Of a DNA stretch of 64,000 nucleotides, positions 62,810-64,000 are shown piece after piece. Position 1 is the first letter of the stretch; each line of letters starts with the position of its first letter. A program made the translations under genes and the position numbers. The DNA is from Callorhinchus milii (Eukaryota). The stretch spans positions 76,944,001 to 77,008,000 of the forward strand of contig NW_024704742.1 of the NCBI RefSeq assembly GCF_018977255.1, read 5' to 3'. The notes beneath the pieces were generated by a model, which was not told the origin of the DNA, searched no databases, and worked only from the letters and a program-made list of their open reading frames with translations.

Positions 62810-63430
62810 GCCTATTGGAAGCACCATCGCATCTGGATTGGAAGGATGTGAGTTCAAGAATCACGTGAGGAACTTAAACTCATAAGCTCTAGGCTGACAC
62901 TCCAATGTATCGTGGAGTCCAGTAGCTCAGTGGTTAGAGCACTCGCCTCGCAAGCGAGAGACCTGGGTTCGATTCCTGGCAGGGCGAAACATTGGGTAAG
63001 TTTCTTTACTCCACACACCCGTTTACCTAGCAGTAATTAGAACCCCGGTTGTTAGTCGATTTGGCGGATTGCTTTTCCGGGGATAATAATTATTATTATT
63101 TGTGGGGTGGTGGGGAGGGAAGTGTTGCATTTTTAGAGGTGTTGTCGTTAAACCAAGGTCCCGCCTGCCTGTTCAGGTGGATGTTAAACATCCCAATATC
63201 ACAATTTGAAATGAGAAGGGAATTTCTCACAGTGTCCTTCTAACAATCCTCCAGATAGAAAAAAAATAATTGGTACATTTCATGGCTGTTTGTAGGACAT
63301 TGCTGTGTGCAAATTGACTGGCACATTTGCTCTACAAATACATTCACTATGCTTTACGGATAAAAAGCTAAAGTGATTGAGTCATTTTGAAGTGATACAT
63401 TGCTATATCGCATTCAAGGATTATTATTCC
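62810..63430 (+). mobile_element. Older DeuSINE with a young long-subfamily SINE 5' half inserted at 62914-63100
   Basis: ggctgacactccaatgta precedes the insertion. gttaaaccaaggtcccgcctgcctgttcaggtgg, Deu core and tail follow it. Confidence 0.85.
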
Positions 63431-64000
63431 TTCTGAAAACTTTGTTGATTTGTTAAAGTAACCTGATAAAATAGATTGAGCGCTGAACTCAGCCTCCCCT
63501 GTCACATAGATCAATGGATAAGTATGCTGTTGTAGTATTATCTATCAACAATGCAGTCCTTCAAATGAGGTGTCATTGAGGTTCCGTCTGCTTGTTCAGG
63601 TGGATATTAAAGATCACATGCACAATTAGAAAACAGATGGGAGATTCTCCATTGACCTGTCCAACAAAACCCTCGGAGAGAAAAATAAATGGTCCTTCGC
63701 TTCATGACTCCTTGTGTGTCATGACTGCCACATTCACCAACAAAATACAGTCACTTCACTTTACATTATATCCTATGAAGCAGTATGAGACATCCTCTTG
63801 ATATCCTCCCCCCCATGTAGAAAAGCACTATAATAATAAATATTATTATTTGTTAATAAACGAAGTACATAATTCCATGTTCATTGTTTGGTCTGTGCTG
63901 TGTTAAGTGATCTCAGGAATACACTCAATATATTTACTCACACATACCTTTCAGCAGGGTCATTGGCTGAGATCATCAGCAAATATCCAGATTAAGATAT

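Noticed and set aside
62917..62986. tRNA-Ala gene (and ten similar heads)
   Set aside because: Each head runs directly into a SINE body, and the anticodon varies between copies. These are SINE heads.
71..63430. Recurring ~35 bp tail motif as a CRISPR-like repeat
   Set aside because: It is dispersed on both strands with irregular spacing and is explained by SINE and L2 tails.

Overview
This is eukaryotic vertebrate DNA, not prokaryotic. The repeat content points to a cartilaginous fish, most likely a chimaera such as Callorhinchus. That call rests on my recall of the repeat families, not on a search. Roughly half the window (estimated by eye) is decayed retroelements. These include many L2-clade LINE fragments, one keeping the APE endonuclease and most of the RT; CR1 3' ends; a young tRNA(Ala)-headed Deu-domain SINE in two subfamilies; an older SacSINE1/AmnSINE1-like DeuSINE; LF-SINE-like copies; and several old unclassified repeats. 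Nearly all recognisable ORF-track entries are L2, CR1 or SINE translations or their antisense shadows. I could not name any host gene. There are weak to moderate splice-signal candidates for the 3' end of a + strand gene (about 1.9-15.2 kb) and for exons of a - strand gene (about 27.6-30.1 kb). There is no CRISPR array, rRNA or true tRNA gene. I found no convincing new multi-gene system. The most notable items are a palindromic Penelope-type element with a hammerhead-like core on each strand, an L2 whose missing RT segment sits upstream of its endonuclease, covarying LINE/SINE tail stem-loops, and unclassified ancient repeats.
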